From an uncultured delta proteobacterium (GTDB taxonomy: Bacteria; Myxococcota_A; Polyangia; Polyangiales; Houyiibacteriaceae): a DNA stretch of 64,000 nucleotides. Both the position numbers and the translations under genes were made by a program. Numbering within the stretch: position 1 is the first letter of the stretch; each line of letters starts with the position of its first letter. The DNA lies in NCBI GenBank assembly GCA_963699755.1, contig CAVOVB010000007.1:224001-288000 (forward strand), written 5' to 3'. The notes beneath the pieces were generated by a model. That model searched no databases. It was not told the DNA's origin and worked only from the letters and a program-made list of their open reading frames with translations. Of the stretch, positions 48,566 through 58,554 are shown piece after piece.

Positions 48566-49033
48566 TCAAAAGGCCGACAGCGGGGGAAGCCGGACCATGC
48601 TCACTGGGCACGGCGCCTCCATGGCGAGCCTCTGGATGTCGAAGGGATTGACCTGATCAGCTCCGGTCATTGGCTGAATGCCAAGTAGGATCAGGTCGGC
48701 GCTCGAGCGCTGAGCGCTCTGCAAGACGTAGTCAGGCCAATGCCCGTCTTCGTAGAGCTCCGCTCTGCAGCGGACGCCGCGATCGGCACACCATTGCCGT
48801 TGGCGCTCGAGGAGCTGCCCTTCTTGGCGCAGCCTTGCCTCCACCCGGTCGCGCCAGCCATTGCCGTCCTCGCGCATCGACGGTGGAGGCTCAGTCCGTC
48901 GGCTCCCGCCACCTCCGTAGGTAGAAACCAAAACCACCTCGCCGTCGGTGGGACCAGCGATCAACGCAGCGAACCCCACCAGCTTGTAGCTCGCGGACGT
49001 CAGGTCCGTCACGGTAAGAATTGTAGATGCCAT
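48566..49033 (-). CDS. Divergent universal stress protein
   Basis: TILTVTD, ADLILLG, APCPV; ATP-binding glycine motif degenerate. Confidence 0.7.
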   Translation of the reverse strand: MASTILTVTDLTSASYKLVGFAALIAGPTDGEVVLVSTYGGGGSRRTEPPPSMREDGNGWRDRVEARLRQEGQLLERQRQWCADRGVRCRAELYEDGHWPDYVLQSAQRSSADLILLGIQPMTGADQVNPFDIQRLAMEAPCPVSMVRLPPLSAF

Positions 49034-49061
49034 ACGCGCCACCAGAGCCATTCGAACCAGC

Positions 49062-49077
49062 AGCAAAGTGCATGCCA
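49062..49077 (-). promoter_or_regulatory. Putative sigma54 promoter for USP (and possibly the kinase)
   Basis: TGGCATG-CACT-TTGCT on the minus strand. Confidence 0.75.
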
Positions 49078-49148
49078 TGTAAGAAACCCTGCAATACGGC
49101 GCACCGCTCGGTCGGCCGTCGGAAATCCTTGCGGGGAAAATCGAGAAT

Positions 49149-49163
49149 ACGCAGTTTTTGCGT
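49149..49163. promoter_or_regulatory. Palindromic regulator box ACGCA-GTTTT-TGCGT
   Basis: Perfect arms; a half-site-only partner lies 29 bp away at 49120-49134. Confidence 0.72.
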
Positions 49164-49190
49164 CAGTCGAGCCGAGGGTTAAGCTCGAGC

Positions 49191-49916
49191 ATGGGTGATT
49201 CCCGGCGCCATCGCGGACCGCATCCGATGGATGCGCAGCTGTTTTCGGAGCAGGCAGTCCCTGTGCTCAGAGACGCCGTGGCGGACCTGAGCTGGCTGCG
49301 AAGCCGTGGCTACTCCGACACCTCGGCGGTGAAGCTGGTTGGGGACCGCTATCAGCTGCGCAGTCGCCAACGCATCGCCGCCAGAAGGTGCGCCTGCTCC
49401 GACCAGGCCATGCAGAAGCGAGCCTCGAGACGATGCGAGCCGGAGACCATGGAGGGGCGCTCCTTGCTGATCGATGGCCTGAACGTGATCACCACGATCG
49501 AGGTGGCGCTAGCGCATGCGGTCTTGTTGATCGGACGCGACGACTGCATGCGGGACATGGCGAGCTTCCGAGGAAGCTACCGCTTGGTAGAAGAGACCGA
49601 GCGGGCGGTTGGCATCCTCGTCGAAGTGGTCAGCTCTATGCGGGCGTCTGAGGTGATGGTGTGCATCGACCGCCCGGTGTCGAACTCCGGCCGGCTCGCC
49701 GAGATCGTGCGAAAGACAGCAGCCACAAAACGATGCCGAATCGAAGCGAGGACAGCAGACTCCGTGGACGAAACCCTCAAGGCGTCCACCGCGGTGGTCG
49801 CCACCGCCGACAGCGCGATTCTCGATCAATGCGGCGAATGGCTGAACCTGGCGCGCTTCGCAATCGAGCGCCACGAGGCTGAGCTCGGACCGCTGTGGCT
49901 ACTGGACTTGTCCTAA
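49191..49916 (+). CDS. DUF434-family protein
   Basis: WLRSRGY...LVGDRYQL, IDGLNV, PVSNSG, TADSAILD. Confidence 0.82.
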   Translation: MGDSRRHRGPHPMDAQLFSEQAVPVLRDAVADLSWLRSRGYSDTSAVKLVGDRYQLRSRQRIAARRCACSDQAMQKRASRRCEPETMEGRSLLIDGLNVITTIEVALAHAVLLIGRDDCMRDMASFRGSYRLVEETERAVGILVEVVSSMRASEVMVCIDRPVSNSGRLAEIVRKTAATKRCRIEARTADSVDETLKASTAVVATADSAILDQCGEWLNLARFAIERHEAELGPLWLLDLS

Positions 49917-50810
49917 CTGCAGGTGTCGATTCAGGAAATCGAGCGTGGCCTGAACCACTCGGCTCCGGTGGGGCTCGAGGGCAGCTTCCATGTGCTCGCA
50001 ATCGAGCTCGATGATCGTAGCAGAGCTGCACCTGCGGGCGCGACGCATGGTCGGTCCCGGCGGATTGATCTGATCTCCGCGTGAAGCAACGAGGAGAATC
50101 GGGCGAGAAAACCGCGCCAGCAGCAACCCCGGTACATAGCTCCAGAAGAACAGCGCGATACGGGCTGGGGTGTCGTAGTCGAAGTCCAATGGGACGAGGG
50201 CGCTGTAACCTCGATATGCGTCGCTCGAGGTGAGCAATCCGAGCTCGCCGGGAGCTGCGGTGAGTGGAACCAGAACCGGGGGGCGGCCGAGCCAAGAGCC
50301 GACGAGGTCTTTCGTCGCTCGCCCTACGATACGAACGAGGTTGAGCAGGCTCCAGCCTTTCATCGCGGCCAAGGTACTGCTCAGGCCATCGAACATAGGC
50401 ACTACCGAAACGGCAGCGGCCACGGTCGCATCCCTGGAGGCGGCTGTGAGCGCATGACCTGCGCCGAGTGAATACCCCCAGCTGACGATGCGGGTCGAAT
50501 CGACCTCTGATCGAGCCCGTGCATACGCGAGTGCAGCAGCCCAGTCCGCTAGTTGCTTGCGGATCGAGATGAGCTGGCGAGGCTCCGAGCCGCTGTCGCC
50601 AAAACCGCGGTAGTCGAAGAGCAGCACGGCGTAGCCGGCGCGTGCGAAGGCAAGCGCCAGCTCCAGGAGGCCACAGTGACGCGTCAACCCAAAGCCGTGC
50701 CCCATCACGATGCACGGGCGGGGCTCCTCAGTCCTCTCGGGCGAGAAAAACCAAGCGCGGCAGACCTCGTCACCGCTCCGAAACTCCACATCGACCTGGC
50801 GAACCCTCAC
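49899..50810 (-). CDS. Alpha/beta hydrolase
   Basis: MGHGF, FDYRGFGDS, WGYSLG nucleophile elbow. Confidence 0.9.
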   Translation of the reverse strand: MRVRQVDVEFRSGDEVCRAWFFSPERTEEPRPCIVMGHGFGLTRHCGLLELALAFARAGYAVLLFDYRGFGDSGSEPRQLISIRKQLADWAAALAYARARSEVDSTRIVSWGYSLGAGHALTAASRDATVAAAVSVVPMFDGLSSTLAAMKGWSLLNLVRIVGRATKDLVGSWLGRPPVLVPLTAAPGELGLLTSSDAYRGYSALVPLDFDYDTPARIALFFWSYVPGLLLARFSRPILLVASRGDQINPPGPTMRRARRCSSATIIELDCEHMEAALEPHRSRVVQATLDFLNRHLQLGQVQ

Positions 50811-50813
50811 GGC

Positions 50814-52019
50814 CTAAGACTCAGCGATTTTCAGCGCTTCATCAAGTCCGCCACGGCTTGCGATCAGCATGCGGAGCTGGATCAGCTTGGCGGGCCGGTT
50901 GAAGGCCAGCGCGCCGACGAGCCGGCCGGCACGGGCGTAGAGCGCGATGAGCTTTTCACCCTCCGGCATGCCGCCAGCGAAGACCAACTGGTCGCTCGGC
51001 TTAGGCCTGCCCGCACCCTGAATCTTGATGTCGAACTGGTCGGACCAAAACATCGGCACAGACGCGAAAGGTCTCGCTTCGCCCTGCGCCGCTAGCAGAG
51101 TCGAGACGGCGTGACGCGCTTGCTCGACGGCGTTGGTCCAATGCTCGACTCGCATCCGTTCCTCGAAGAGCGGGTTGTACCAACTGGCCACGTCCCCAGC
51201 CGCCACGACGCCAGGGACACTGGTCGCGAGGGTGGCGTCGCAGCGGACGCCATCTTCGATTTCGATTCCAGAGCCTTCGAGCCACGAGACCGAGGGTTTA
51301 ATGCCGATGCCGACCACGACGAGGTCGCAGAGCACTTCGGTGCCATCGTCGAGCCGCAGGCTGTCGACGCGATCGGCGCCGCCAAAACCTTCAACCCGTC
51401 GTCCACAAAGCACCCGGACACCGCGACGCTCGTGCGCACGCTGTAGAATTCCTCCAAGCCGAGGTCCCAGGCTTTGGGCGAGAGGGGTCTCCAAGGCTTC
51501 GACCATGGTGACTTGGAGCCCCAGCTGCCGGGCAGACGCTGCGACCTCCGCACCGATGAAGCCCGCACCGATGACGGCGACCCGAGGCTTGGTCTGGAAA
51601 GCGGCGCGAATCGCAAACGCATCATCGAGCGTCCGCAGGACGTGAACGCCCTCGAGCGCAGGCTGATTCGGAAGCTCGCACACCTCGCCGCCAGTCGCGA
51701 TGACCAAGCCGTCATAGGAAACCGAATCCCCGCCGTGGAGTCGGACCTCGCGCGCATTGTTGTCGAGGCACAAGGCCCGTTCTCCAAGCCTGAGGTCGAC
51801 ATTCAAGTCGTCGTAGCTCTTGTGGCGCAGCGCTAGGCGCTCTTCGTCCGCTTCGCCCCGGAGCACCTCCTTGGACAGCGGCGGCCTATCGTAGGGCAAA
51901 TGCTTCTCACCACCGATCAAGACCAGCTCGCCCTCGAACCCGGCCCGCCGGAGGAACTCCACGGCACGCAACCCCGCAAGGGACGCCCCTACTACGGCGA
52001 TCCGCTTCATCCCCCTCAT
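50814..52019 (-). CDS. FAD-dependent ferredoxin-NAD(P) reductase family protein
   Basis: GASLAG, YDRPPLSK, GAGFIGAE, AAGD, RVEHW, FWSDQ. Confidence 0.92.
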   Translation of the reverse strand: MRGMKRIAVVGASLAGLRAVEFLRRAGFEGELVLIGGEKHLPYDRPPLSKEVLRGEADEERLALRHKSYDDLNVDLRLGERALCLDNNAREVRLHGGDSVSYDGLVIATGGEVCELPNQPALEGVHVLRTLDDAFAIRAAFQTKPRVAVIGAGFIGAEVAASARQLGLQVTMVEALETPLAQSLGPRLGGILQRAHERRGVRVLCGRRVEGFGGADRVDSLRLDDGTEVLCDLVVVGIGIKPSVSWLEGSGIEIEDGVRCDATLATSVPGVVAAGDVASWYNPLFEERMRVEHWTNAVEQARHAVSTLLAAQGEARPFASVPMFWSDQFDIKIQGAGRPKPSDQLVFAGGMPEGEKLIALYARAGRLVGALAFNRPAKLIQLRMLIASRGGLDEALKIAES

Positions 52020-52411
52020 CGATCGAAGGGGTCGTCTTTGTGACTGCTGATTGCAATCGCCTGCACAACCAGCGTCCTGAGGTCTTTTGCGGCTCCCCGG
52101 ACCACCTGAAACAGGCCCGAAACGAGCTCGGCAGGATCCTGAGGCACCCCCTCGAGATACGAAGGCGGCCGAGACGAGGGCGAGGGCCCTGGCGCGGACC
52201 CTGGCGTAGATCCTGGTGCTCGCGCTGACGCCGACGTTGGCACTGCCGCCGACTCCGCCTTCTTTTTCGCCCGCGGCTTCGCGGGTACGGTGACCCGGCT
52301 CGCCCGCTCCTTGCTCGTCTTCGTGGCAGACGCTTTGCTCGCGCGCTTCTTCGTTGCCTTCTTTGTCGCCTTCTTCGTGACCTTCTTCGTCGGCGTTCGC
52401 TTGGTCGCCAT
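52016..52411 (-). CDS. Small Lys/Ala-rich basic hypothetical protein
   Basis: GGAGG RBS; TKKVTKKATKKATKK repeats, Pro/Ser linker, amphipathic C-terminal helix. Confidence 0.6.
   Translation of the reverse strand: MATKRTPTKKVTKKATKKATKKRASKASATKTSKERASRVTVPAKPRAKKKAESAAVPTSASARAPGSTPGSAPGPSPSSRPPSYLEGVPQDPAELVSGLFQVVRGAAKDLRTLVVQAIAISSHKDDPFDR
52346..52393. repeat. Four imperfect 12-bp tandem units encoding xTKK
   Basis: CTTCTTCGTTGC CTTCTTTGTCGC CTTCTTCGTGAC CTTCTTCGTCGG. Confidence 0.8.
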
Positions 52412-52473
52412 GGCGCCTCCCCGATGAAGCACCTTATCCGAAACAGTGCCAGGGGCAACCTCGTGCGAGGGAC

Positions 52474-52998
52474 CTAGCGCTCGACGACGTATACGAACTC
52501 CAGTTGCTCAGGGCGCGCGGGCGGTTTGAGTGCTTCGGGAATCAGGCCGACTTCCTGATAGCCAACCGCCTCTAGCACTCCGATCATGAGCGTGTCACGG
52601 GTCGGGACCCGCGCGAAGACGTACTGAAGTGGGGTGCGTGCGGCGTGACGGATCGCGTGCGTTGCCAAGGTGCGGGCTAGACCGGAGCTTTGCTGTCCCA
52701 GGCACGTCGTGGCCTCTGCCGTCAATCGCCGCTTCGCGGGATCGGCGCTAGCGGCTGAAAGCATCTCCCAGCCCAGCATCGCCCCATGCCCGTTTTCAGC
52801 GATCCAGAACTGAAAGACATCGTCCTGTACCTCGAGCGCCCGTTCGAAGAACTCGTTGAGCCGCATCTCACCCGGCAGCGTGCCGTCCCAGTATTCCGCA
52901 TGCGTCTCGCAGATCCGTACGATCCCGTCCAGGTCGGAAATCCCGCCCTGGCGGATCAGAAGCCGGCCAGCCGGCGGGATAGTGGACATCCGAAGCAC
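52474..52998 (-). CDS. GNAT-like protein (divergent)
   Basis: IRQGGISDLDGI start, FWIAE..GAMLGW, LEAVGYQEVG. Confidence 0.6.
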   Translation of the reverse strand: MLRMSTIPPAGRLLIRQGGISDLDGIVRICETHAEYWDGTLPGEMRLNEFFERALEVQDDVFQFWIAENGHGAMLGWEMLSAASADPAKRRLTAEATTCLGQQSSGLARTLATHAIRHAARTPLQYVFARVPTRDTLMIGVLEAVGYQEVGLIPEALKPPARPEQLEFVYVVER

Positions 52999-53078
52999 CG
53001 AACTCTTGTGTATACGCCCTCATGGCCGGCTTGGACAGCCCCCAAGATCGGAAGCCGCCAAAAGAGGTGGGTTCCGCG

Positions 53079-55814
53079 CTACTCGACCGACGGGCAAGTC
53101 ATGGGGTTGGAGGTCGCAGCGTTGTTCGCCTCGTCGCATTCGCTATATTTCTGCCCGCCCATCCCATCGCTGTCGACGCTTGCCGAGAGGACGATTTCGC
53201 CGATGGGCGGTCCATCCGGAATCTCGAACACGGCCTCGAGCTGCTCAGACTGCCCCGGAAGCAGCCAGCTCGAGGTGGCGACCGTACCGAGGTCGAAGAC
53301 CCGCTCGTCGTCGCTGGTCACCAGCAGGCGGGTGAGAATGCCGGCCGGCACACTCAGTGAGCCGTCATTGCCCACCACAATCGAAAAAGTGAACTGTCTC
53401 CGATCACAATGGAGCCTGGAGATCTCACGCACAACGAAATCGGGAGCGTCAAACATCCCACCGGGTTGAACGTTCTGCCTGAAGTTGTTCAAGCGCGAGC
53501 GCGTCCAGTTCGGTTCCGGGACCCGCGGAATCTGACCGTCCTCGGTGACGTTGGTGACGCTGTAGCCGTGCTGATTCCAAATGCGTCGGGTGCGAACCCA
53601 ATTGTTGTGGGAGTCTTCCCAAATCTCGATACCGCCAAGCGCTGGATCGGTATTGGGCTCGGGGATCACGACCTCGGACTTCCCGTCGTTGTCGACGTCG
53701 ACCACGATGGGCATCTCCAAACGCGTGTTGCTGCTGTGGGTTCGGTCCTCGTAAAGAATGGCACCGTCCGATCCCCTGAAGATCCGGAAAGTCGTCTCGT
53801 CCGCGTAGACCACCTCGGCCGAGCCATCGCCTTCAAAGTCGAAAACACTGGACCCGGTCGCCCGGCTGGAGCAGTCGTCGTTCTCCACCATCCACCGGAC
53901 CCACTCTCGCGCACACTCGGGGGGTAGTGGGTCCCCAGTGCACTGGAAATCGAACACGACGTAGGCGGTCGAGCTCGCGGTACCGACCTCGGCGAATCCG
54001 TCGCCGTCGAAGTCGGCTACGGTGGGCGGTCCGCTCTCGTTGGCCCCAGCGGTGTGGGCCACGACCTGAGTGCCTTCGCTCATGATTGGATTCCCTCCGG
54101 AGTCGAAAGCGGGCAGATGCAGCGCTCCACCACAGAGAATCCGCTCCGGCGGAAGCAGGTCCCCATCCTCGTCGTAGAGCGGATCGGAAGGCACGTAGGC
54201 GGCTGGAGAGTACGTCGGGGGCTCCACGTCGTCGTAATCTGGAGAGTCGAGATCCTCGAAGCCAGGGATTCGAATCGGCAGCGGAATCCCGGCAACGGGG
54301 GAGCCATCGTGGTCGAGAATGAAGAGCTCACCCTGTCGAATGATCACGACTTCTCCGTCGTCGTCGCCATCGAAATTGCCGACCGCATTGTAGCCGTCGC
54401 AATCGAGCGATCCCCCGCAGCTCGAGTTGACCGTCGTGTACTCGTAGGTCCAGCGCTCGCTTCCATCATAGTTGTAGACCGTGTTCCCGGCGATCACTTC
54501 CTGGAGGCCATCCCGATCCAGATCCGCGACGGTCGACACAGGACCGAGGAACGCGTTGTTCCCGATTCCGAGATTGGAGCCGGGGGTCGCCGATTCGAGC
54601 TCACGCCCATCCCAGGCCAGAGCCTCTACCGGCAGGTCGGCATCGTTTGGCCCCTTCCCCGTCAGACCATCGAGCACGACGTTACCGACGATGACTTCGG
54701 GCCTTCCGTCGGCGTTCAAGTCGGCGATCGACGGTTGCGCGCCGCCGCGGGTGTGCTGGTTACTCGGAAGCTCGTCGTTTTGCCACATCACTTCCCAGGC
54801 CGAGCCGTCATCTGCGGTTCGCCGCCAGGCGATGGCTCCCCCGTTCTTGAAGGTGGCGACGATTTCCGGAACACGCTCCGCGCTCAGGCCGTCAGGGTGC
54901 AGGTTGCCCAATGCGATACCGGTGGAATTTCCTATCCAATCTCCTGCTCCGAGGCCTTTGAGTGTTGCGTGCGTCTTCATCGTTCCATCGCCATTGCAGG
55001 CGCCGGACACGACCCTCAGAACCCCTCGGCTGGTGCAGCAGCCGTCCGCGCTACGGTTGAAGCTCACGAATACAATATCTGGAGTGTCAAACACGTCGGT
55101 GACGCCATCTCCGTTGTCGTCGGTGAGATTCGCCACCGACGGCGTCATCACGACGTCGCCCATGCTCGCGAGCTCGATGGCTTCAGCGCTCGCGCCCGGC
55201 GGCGCCTCGGGAGGCGTCCACCTGCAGGCAATGGTCGGCGCAAAGTCTCCCACCGGAGGTCGATACTCGCAGACGTCGACGGCATCGCGGGGAATGCAGA
55301 CCCCGAGGCTCGGCTCGCAGAGCTCGTCGATCTCGCAATCCTCGCTGAACGTACAGTCGTTGAGAAGCGGAACGCAAGCCTGGCCGATGCACCCTTCGCC
55401 GCTCGCGCAGCAGAGCTCATCGTCGTTTCCGCAGAGCTGCAAAGGGTCATCGCATTGCGCGACGCAGGCTCCGTCGAAACACATCTCCGTGCTTTCGCAG
55501 CAGACGCCATTGCACTCGACTGCGTTTTCGCAATCCCTGACACAGCTTCCGTCCTGGCAGACCGTGCCTGCCCCGCAGCACTGCGCCGTTCCACCGAATA
55601 CACAGGCGGCCTGGGTGCCGCAGATCGAAGTGCAGAGCCCCTCCGGTGAACACTCTTGTCCAAACGGGCAGTTGCAGCCGAAGACGATGCCGCCGCCGGG
55701 ACCGACCGCGCCGCCGCTTCCCCCCGTCCCCGCACGAGGGGAAGAGCTCGTTGCAGCGTCTCCGCAGCCGGAGACGGCCACGCAAAGCAGAGCCAGACAA
55801 ATCGTCGCGCGCAT
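53079..55814 (-). CDS. FG-GAP/VCBS-repeat lipoprotein with Cys-rich N-region and CARDB-like C-terminus
   Basis: VSGC lipobox; repeated ADLNADG/ADFDGDG/DVDNDG; WNQHGY, ECDEANN. Confidence 0.88.
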   Translation of the reverse strand: MRATICLALLCVAVSGCGDAATSSSPRAGTGGSGGAVGPGGGIVFGCNCPFGQECSPEGLCTSICGTQAACVFGGTAQCCGAGTVCQDGSCVRDCENAVECNGVCCESTEMCFDGACVAQCDDPLQLCGNDDELCCASGEGCIGQACVPLLNDCTFSEDCEIDELCEPSLGVCIPRDAVDVCEYRPPVGDFAPTIACRWTPPEAPPGASAEAIELASMGDVVMTPSVANLTDDNGDGVTDVFDTPDIVFVSFNRSADGCCTSRGVLRVVSGACNGDGTMKTHATLKGLGAGDWIGNSTGIALGNLHPDGLSAERVPEIVATFKNGGAIAWRRTADDGSAWEVMWQNDELPSNQHTRGGAQPSIADLNADGRPEVIVGNVVLDGLTGKGPNDADLPVEALAWDGRELESATPGSNLGIGNNAFLGPVSTVADLDRDGLQEVIAGNTVYNYDGSERWTYEYTTVNSSCGGSLDCDGYNAVGNFDGDDDGEVVIIRQGELFILDHDGSPVAGIPLPIRIPGFEDLDSPDYDDVEPPTYSPAAYVPSDPLYDEDGDLLPPERILCGGALHLPAFDSGGNPIMSEGTQVVAHTAGANESGPPTVADFDGDGFAEVGTASSTAYVVFDFQCTGDPLPPECAREWVRWMVENDDCSSRATGSSVFDFEGDGSAEVVYADETTFRIFRGSDGAILYEDRTHSSNTRLEMPIVVDVDNDGKSEVVIPEPNTDPALGGIEIWEDSHNNWVRTRRIWNQHGYSVTNVTEDGQIPRVPEPNWTRSRLNNFRQNVQPGGMFDAPDFVVREISRLHCDRRQFTFSIVVGNDGSLSVPAGILTRLLVTSDDERVFDLGTVATSSWLLPGQSEQLEAVFEIPDGPPIGEIVLSASVDSDGMGGQKYSECDEANNAATSNPMTCPSVE

Positions 55815-55824
55815 GATTTGAAAT

Positions 55825-55846
55825 ATAAGTGTAATCTTACACTTAT
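55825..55846. promoter_or_regulatory. Perfect inverted repeat ATAAGTGTAA-TC-TTACACTTAT, putative operator
   Basis: 10-bp perfect arms, AT-rich, in a divergent promoter region. Confidence 0.75.
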
Positions 55847-55941
55847 GCCAACGTGGGCATCCTGCTTGCGTTTGCCCGCCTGGCCGGTAGAACGTGTTTC
55901 AGTCGTCGCCCTTGGGGCTCGGACGAAACAGGAGCAGATCG

Positions 55942-57483
55942 ATGGCCATCGTGGAAGCACTTGCCCCCACCGCCGAGGGACGCCGCCGGCTCGGAATCCG
56001 GAGCCCAGTGACGCGCGAATCAGTCGGCGAGATCGTGGTCAACAGCAAAGCCGATGTGGAGGCAGCGATCGCCAAGGCGCGAGACGCGCAGAGGGAATGG
56101 GCTCTGGTGCCGGTCGCAGAGCGTGCGCGCATCGTGCGGGGCGCAATCGACGTTCTGGTCCAGAAGCGCGAAGAGGTGGCGAGGACGATCATCGGCGAGA
56201 CGGGCAAGACGAAGCTCGAATCGCTGCTCATGGAGATCGTTCCGTCCTGCGACTACATCAACTTCTGGTGCGGCCGCGCAGCAAAAGAGCTTTCCGACGA
56301 GAAGCGAAAGCTCCACGGCTACCTCCGCCCTTACAAGAAGCTACTGATGCACTACCGGCCACTCGGTGTGGTGGGCATCATCACGCCGTGGAACGGCCCT
56401 TTCTCGTTGGCGATAAATCCGACCGTGCAGGCGGTCCTCGCGGGCAACGCGGTCATCTTGAAACCCTCCGAGGTTGCGCCCTACTCCGGTGACTGGGCGG
56501 TGGAGCTCCTGCGAGAAGCCGGCGTCCCCGAGGGTGTGGTACAGACGCTGCACGGTGATGGAGAGACCGGCGCGGCGCTGGTGAACGGCGGCGTCCAGAA
56601 GATTTCGTTCACGGGCAGCGTTCGAACGGGCAAGAAAATCGCCGCAGCCTGCGCTGAGCAGCTCATTCCGTGCACGCTCGAGCTCGGCGGCAAAGATGCC
56701 ATGATCGTCTGCGAAGACGCCGATCTCGAACGCGCAGCGGGCGGCGCGGTTTTCAACTCCATGCTGAATTCAGGGCATATCTGCATGGGCGTGGAGCGAG
56801 TCTACGTCGTCGAAAGCGTGGCCGACGAGTTCGAAGAGCGCGTGAAGAACATCGTCAGCGAGCTCCGCTACGGATCGGGCGATGAAGTCGACATCGGTTC
56901 GGTGTTCTGGGATCGCCAGCTACCGATCATCGAGCGCCACATCGAGGACGCCAAAGCCAAGGGCGCTGAAATCATCGTCGGCGGAGAGGCCGACACCAGC
57001 CATGGCCTCTTCTATAAGCCGACCTTCGTGCGCAACGTCGATCACAGCATGGAGCTGATGCAGGAAGAAACCTTCGGGCCGATCGTCTCGGTGATGCGTG
57101 TCGCCGACGAAGACGAAGCGGTTCGCCTCGCCAACGACTCGCGGTACGGATTGAGCGGCAGCGTCTGGACGAGAGACATCGAGAAGGGCATCGAGATCGC
57201 GAAGCGCCTCGAGACCGGCTCGGTCGTGATCAACGACGCATCCATGGCATACGGAGCACCCGAGGCGCCGTTCGGCGGCATGAAAGACAGCGGCGTGGGT
57301 CAGGTCAACGGCCTCGGAGGGCTTCGGGGATATACCCACCAGCAGCCGATTTTCATCGACCGCTGGGCCGTGAAGAAGGAGCGCGTTTGGTACCCTCACA
57401 CCGCTAAAACCGTGGAGGAAATCGACGGAATGATTCGCTTCATTTACGGCACCGCCCTCAAGAGGCTCGGCTTCTTTTCCTAG
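55942..57483 (+). CDS. Aldehyde dehydrogenase
   Basis: PWN, KPSE, FTGS, LELGGK, GHIC, EETFGP. Confidence 0.95.
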   Translation: MAIVEALAPTAEGRRRLGIRSPVTRESVGEIVVNSKADVEAAIAKARDAQREWALVPVAERARIVRGAIDVLVQKREEVARTIIGETGKTKLESLLMEIVPSCDYINFWCGRAAKELSDEKRKLHGYLRPYKKLLMHYRPLGVVGIITPWNGPFSLAINPTVQAVLAGNAVILKPSEVAPYSGDWAVELLREAGVPEGVVQTLHGDGETGAALVNGGVQKISFTGSVRTGKKIAAACAEQLIPCTLELGGKDAMIVCEDADLERAAGGAVFNSMLNSGHICMGVERVYVVESVADEFEERVKNIVSELRYGSGDEVDIGSVFWDRQLPIIERHIEDAKAKGAEIIVGGEADTSHGLFYKPTFVRNVDHSMELMQEETFGPIVSVMRVADEDEAVRLANDSRYGLSGSVWTRDIEKGIEIAKRLETGSVVINDASMAYGAPEAPFGGMKDSGVGQVNGLGGLRGYTHQQPIFIDRWAVKKERVWYPHTAKTVEEIDGMIRFIYGTALKRLGFFS

Positions 57484-57510
57484 CATGCTCGATCCCCTAT
57501 AATTGAGAAG

Positions 57511-58554
57511 ATGGCCCGTCCCCGTGACTCGATCATGCCGTTGGTTCGCAACGGCGTGGATAAGGCTGCGAATCGCCTTTCGCAGCTGGGATACGGCGTG
57601 CTTCCCTGGGTCGTTCAGAGCTGGCGTCGCGTGAACGTCGAGCACAACGTGCCGTACCGAAATACCGGCAGGCGCTCGCATTTACTGGACATCTACCGGC
57701 GCCGCGATGCGGTCGGGCTTTTGCCGAGCATCGTCTACATTCATGGCGGCGCCTTCTCGATGATGTCCAAGGACACCCACCGGATCATGGCCTACGTCCT
57801 GGCGGCGCAGGGCTATCAGGTATTCAACATCAACTACCGGCTCGGCCCGGTCCACAGGTATCCGAAGCCCCTCAAGGACGCGATCGCGGCCTTCGAGTGG
57901 GTCTTGGACAACGGGGCCAAGTACGGAGCCGATACCAAGCGTTTGGCGATCATCGGAGAGTCTGCAGGGGCAAATCTGACCGCAGCTTTGGCGTATTGCG
58001 CAACTCATCCACGGCCGGAGCCGTTCACCAGAAGCGTCTTCGAGCGCGACGCGAAGATCGCATGCGTCGCACCCTTGTACGGGCTGCTCGACGTCCATGA
58101 CGTTCGGCGCTTCTGGCGCGACCCGGACAAGAGCCGGCGCATGGCGAGCTGGATCAAGGGCGAGATTCGAGGCACGGCCTACTCGTATCTGGGCCGGCGT
58201 GTGACGCGCGCGCTTCAGTTTCCACTAGCCAGCCCGTTGCGTCTTTTCGAACGGCCGGCGGTGCCAGGGAGTCGGCCCCTGCCGCCATTCTTCACCACCG
58301 TCGGAACGGCCGACCCTCTCTTGGGCGACACGATTCGCTTGAATGACGCGCTCGCAAAGCGTGATACGGAATGCGAGATGCACGTCTTCAGGGGAGAGAT
58401 TCACGCGTTCAACGTCTTGCTCTGGCGAGCAGCAGCGCGCGAGCAATGGGGTGCACTCTTTGATTTTCTCGACAAGCACATGCACGGCACCTCCGAAGAT
58501 GCGCCCGAACAAGCTCCGCACTACGTTTCGTTGGCTGAAACGCTTGCAGAATAG
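57511..58554 (+). CDS. HSL-family esterase/lipase
   Basis: HGGAF, GESAG, DPL, HAF. Confidence 0.92.
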   Translation: MARPRDSIMPLVRNGVDKAANRLSQLGYGVLPWVVQSWRRVNVEHNVPYRNTGRRSHLLDIYRRRDAVGLLPSIVYIHGGAFSMMSKDTHRIMAYVLAAQGYQVFNINYRLGPVHRYPKPLKDAIAAFEWVLDNGAKYGADTKRLAIIGESAGANLTAALAYCATHPRPEPFTRSVFERDAKIACVAPLYGLLDVHDVRRFWRDPDKSRRMASWIKGEIRGTAYSYLGRRVTRALQFPLASPLRLFERPAVPGSRPLPPFFTTVGTADPLLGDTIRLNDALAKRDTECEMHVFRGEIHAFNVLLWRAAAREQWGALFDFLDKHMHGTSEDAPEQAPHYVSLAETLAE

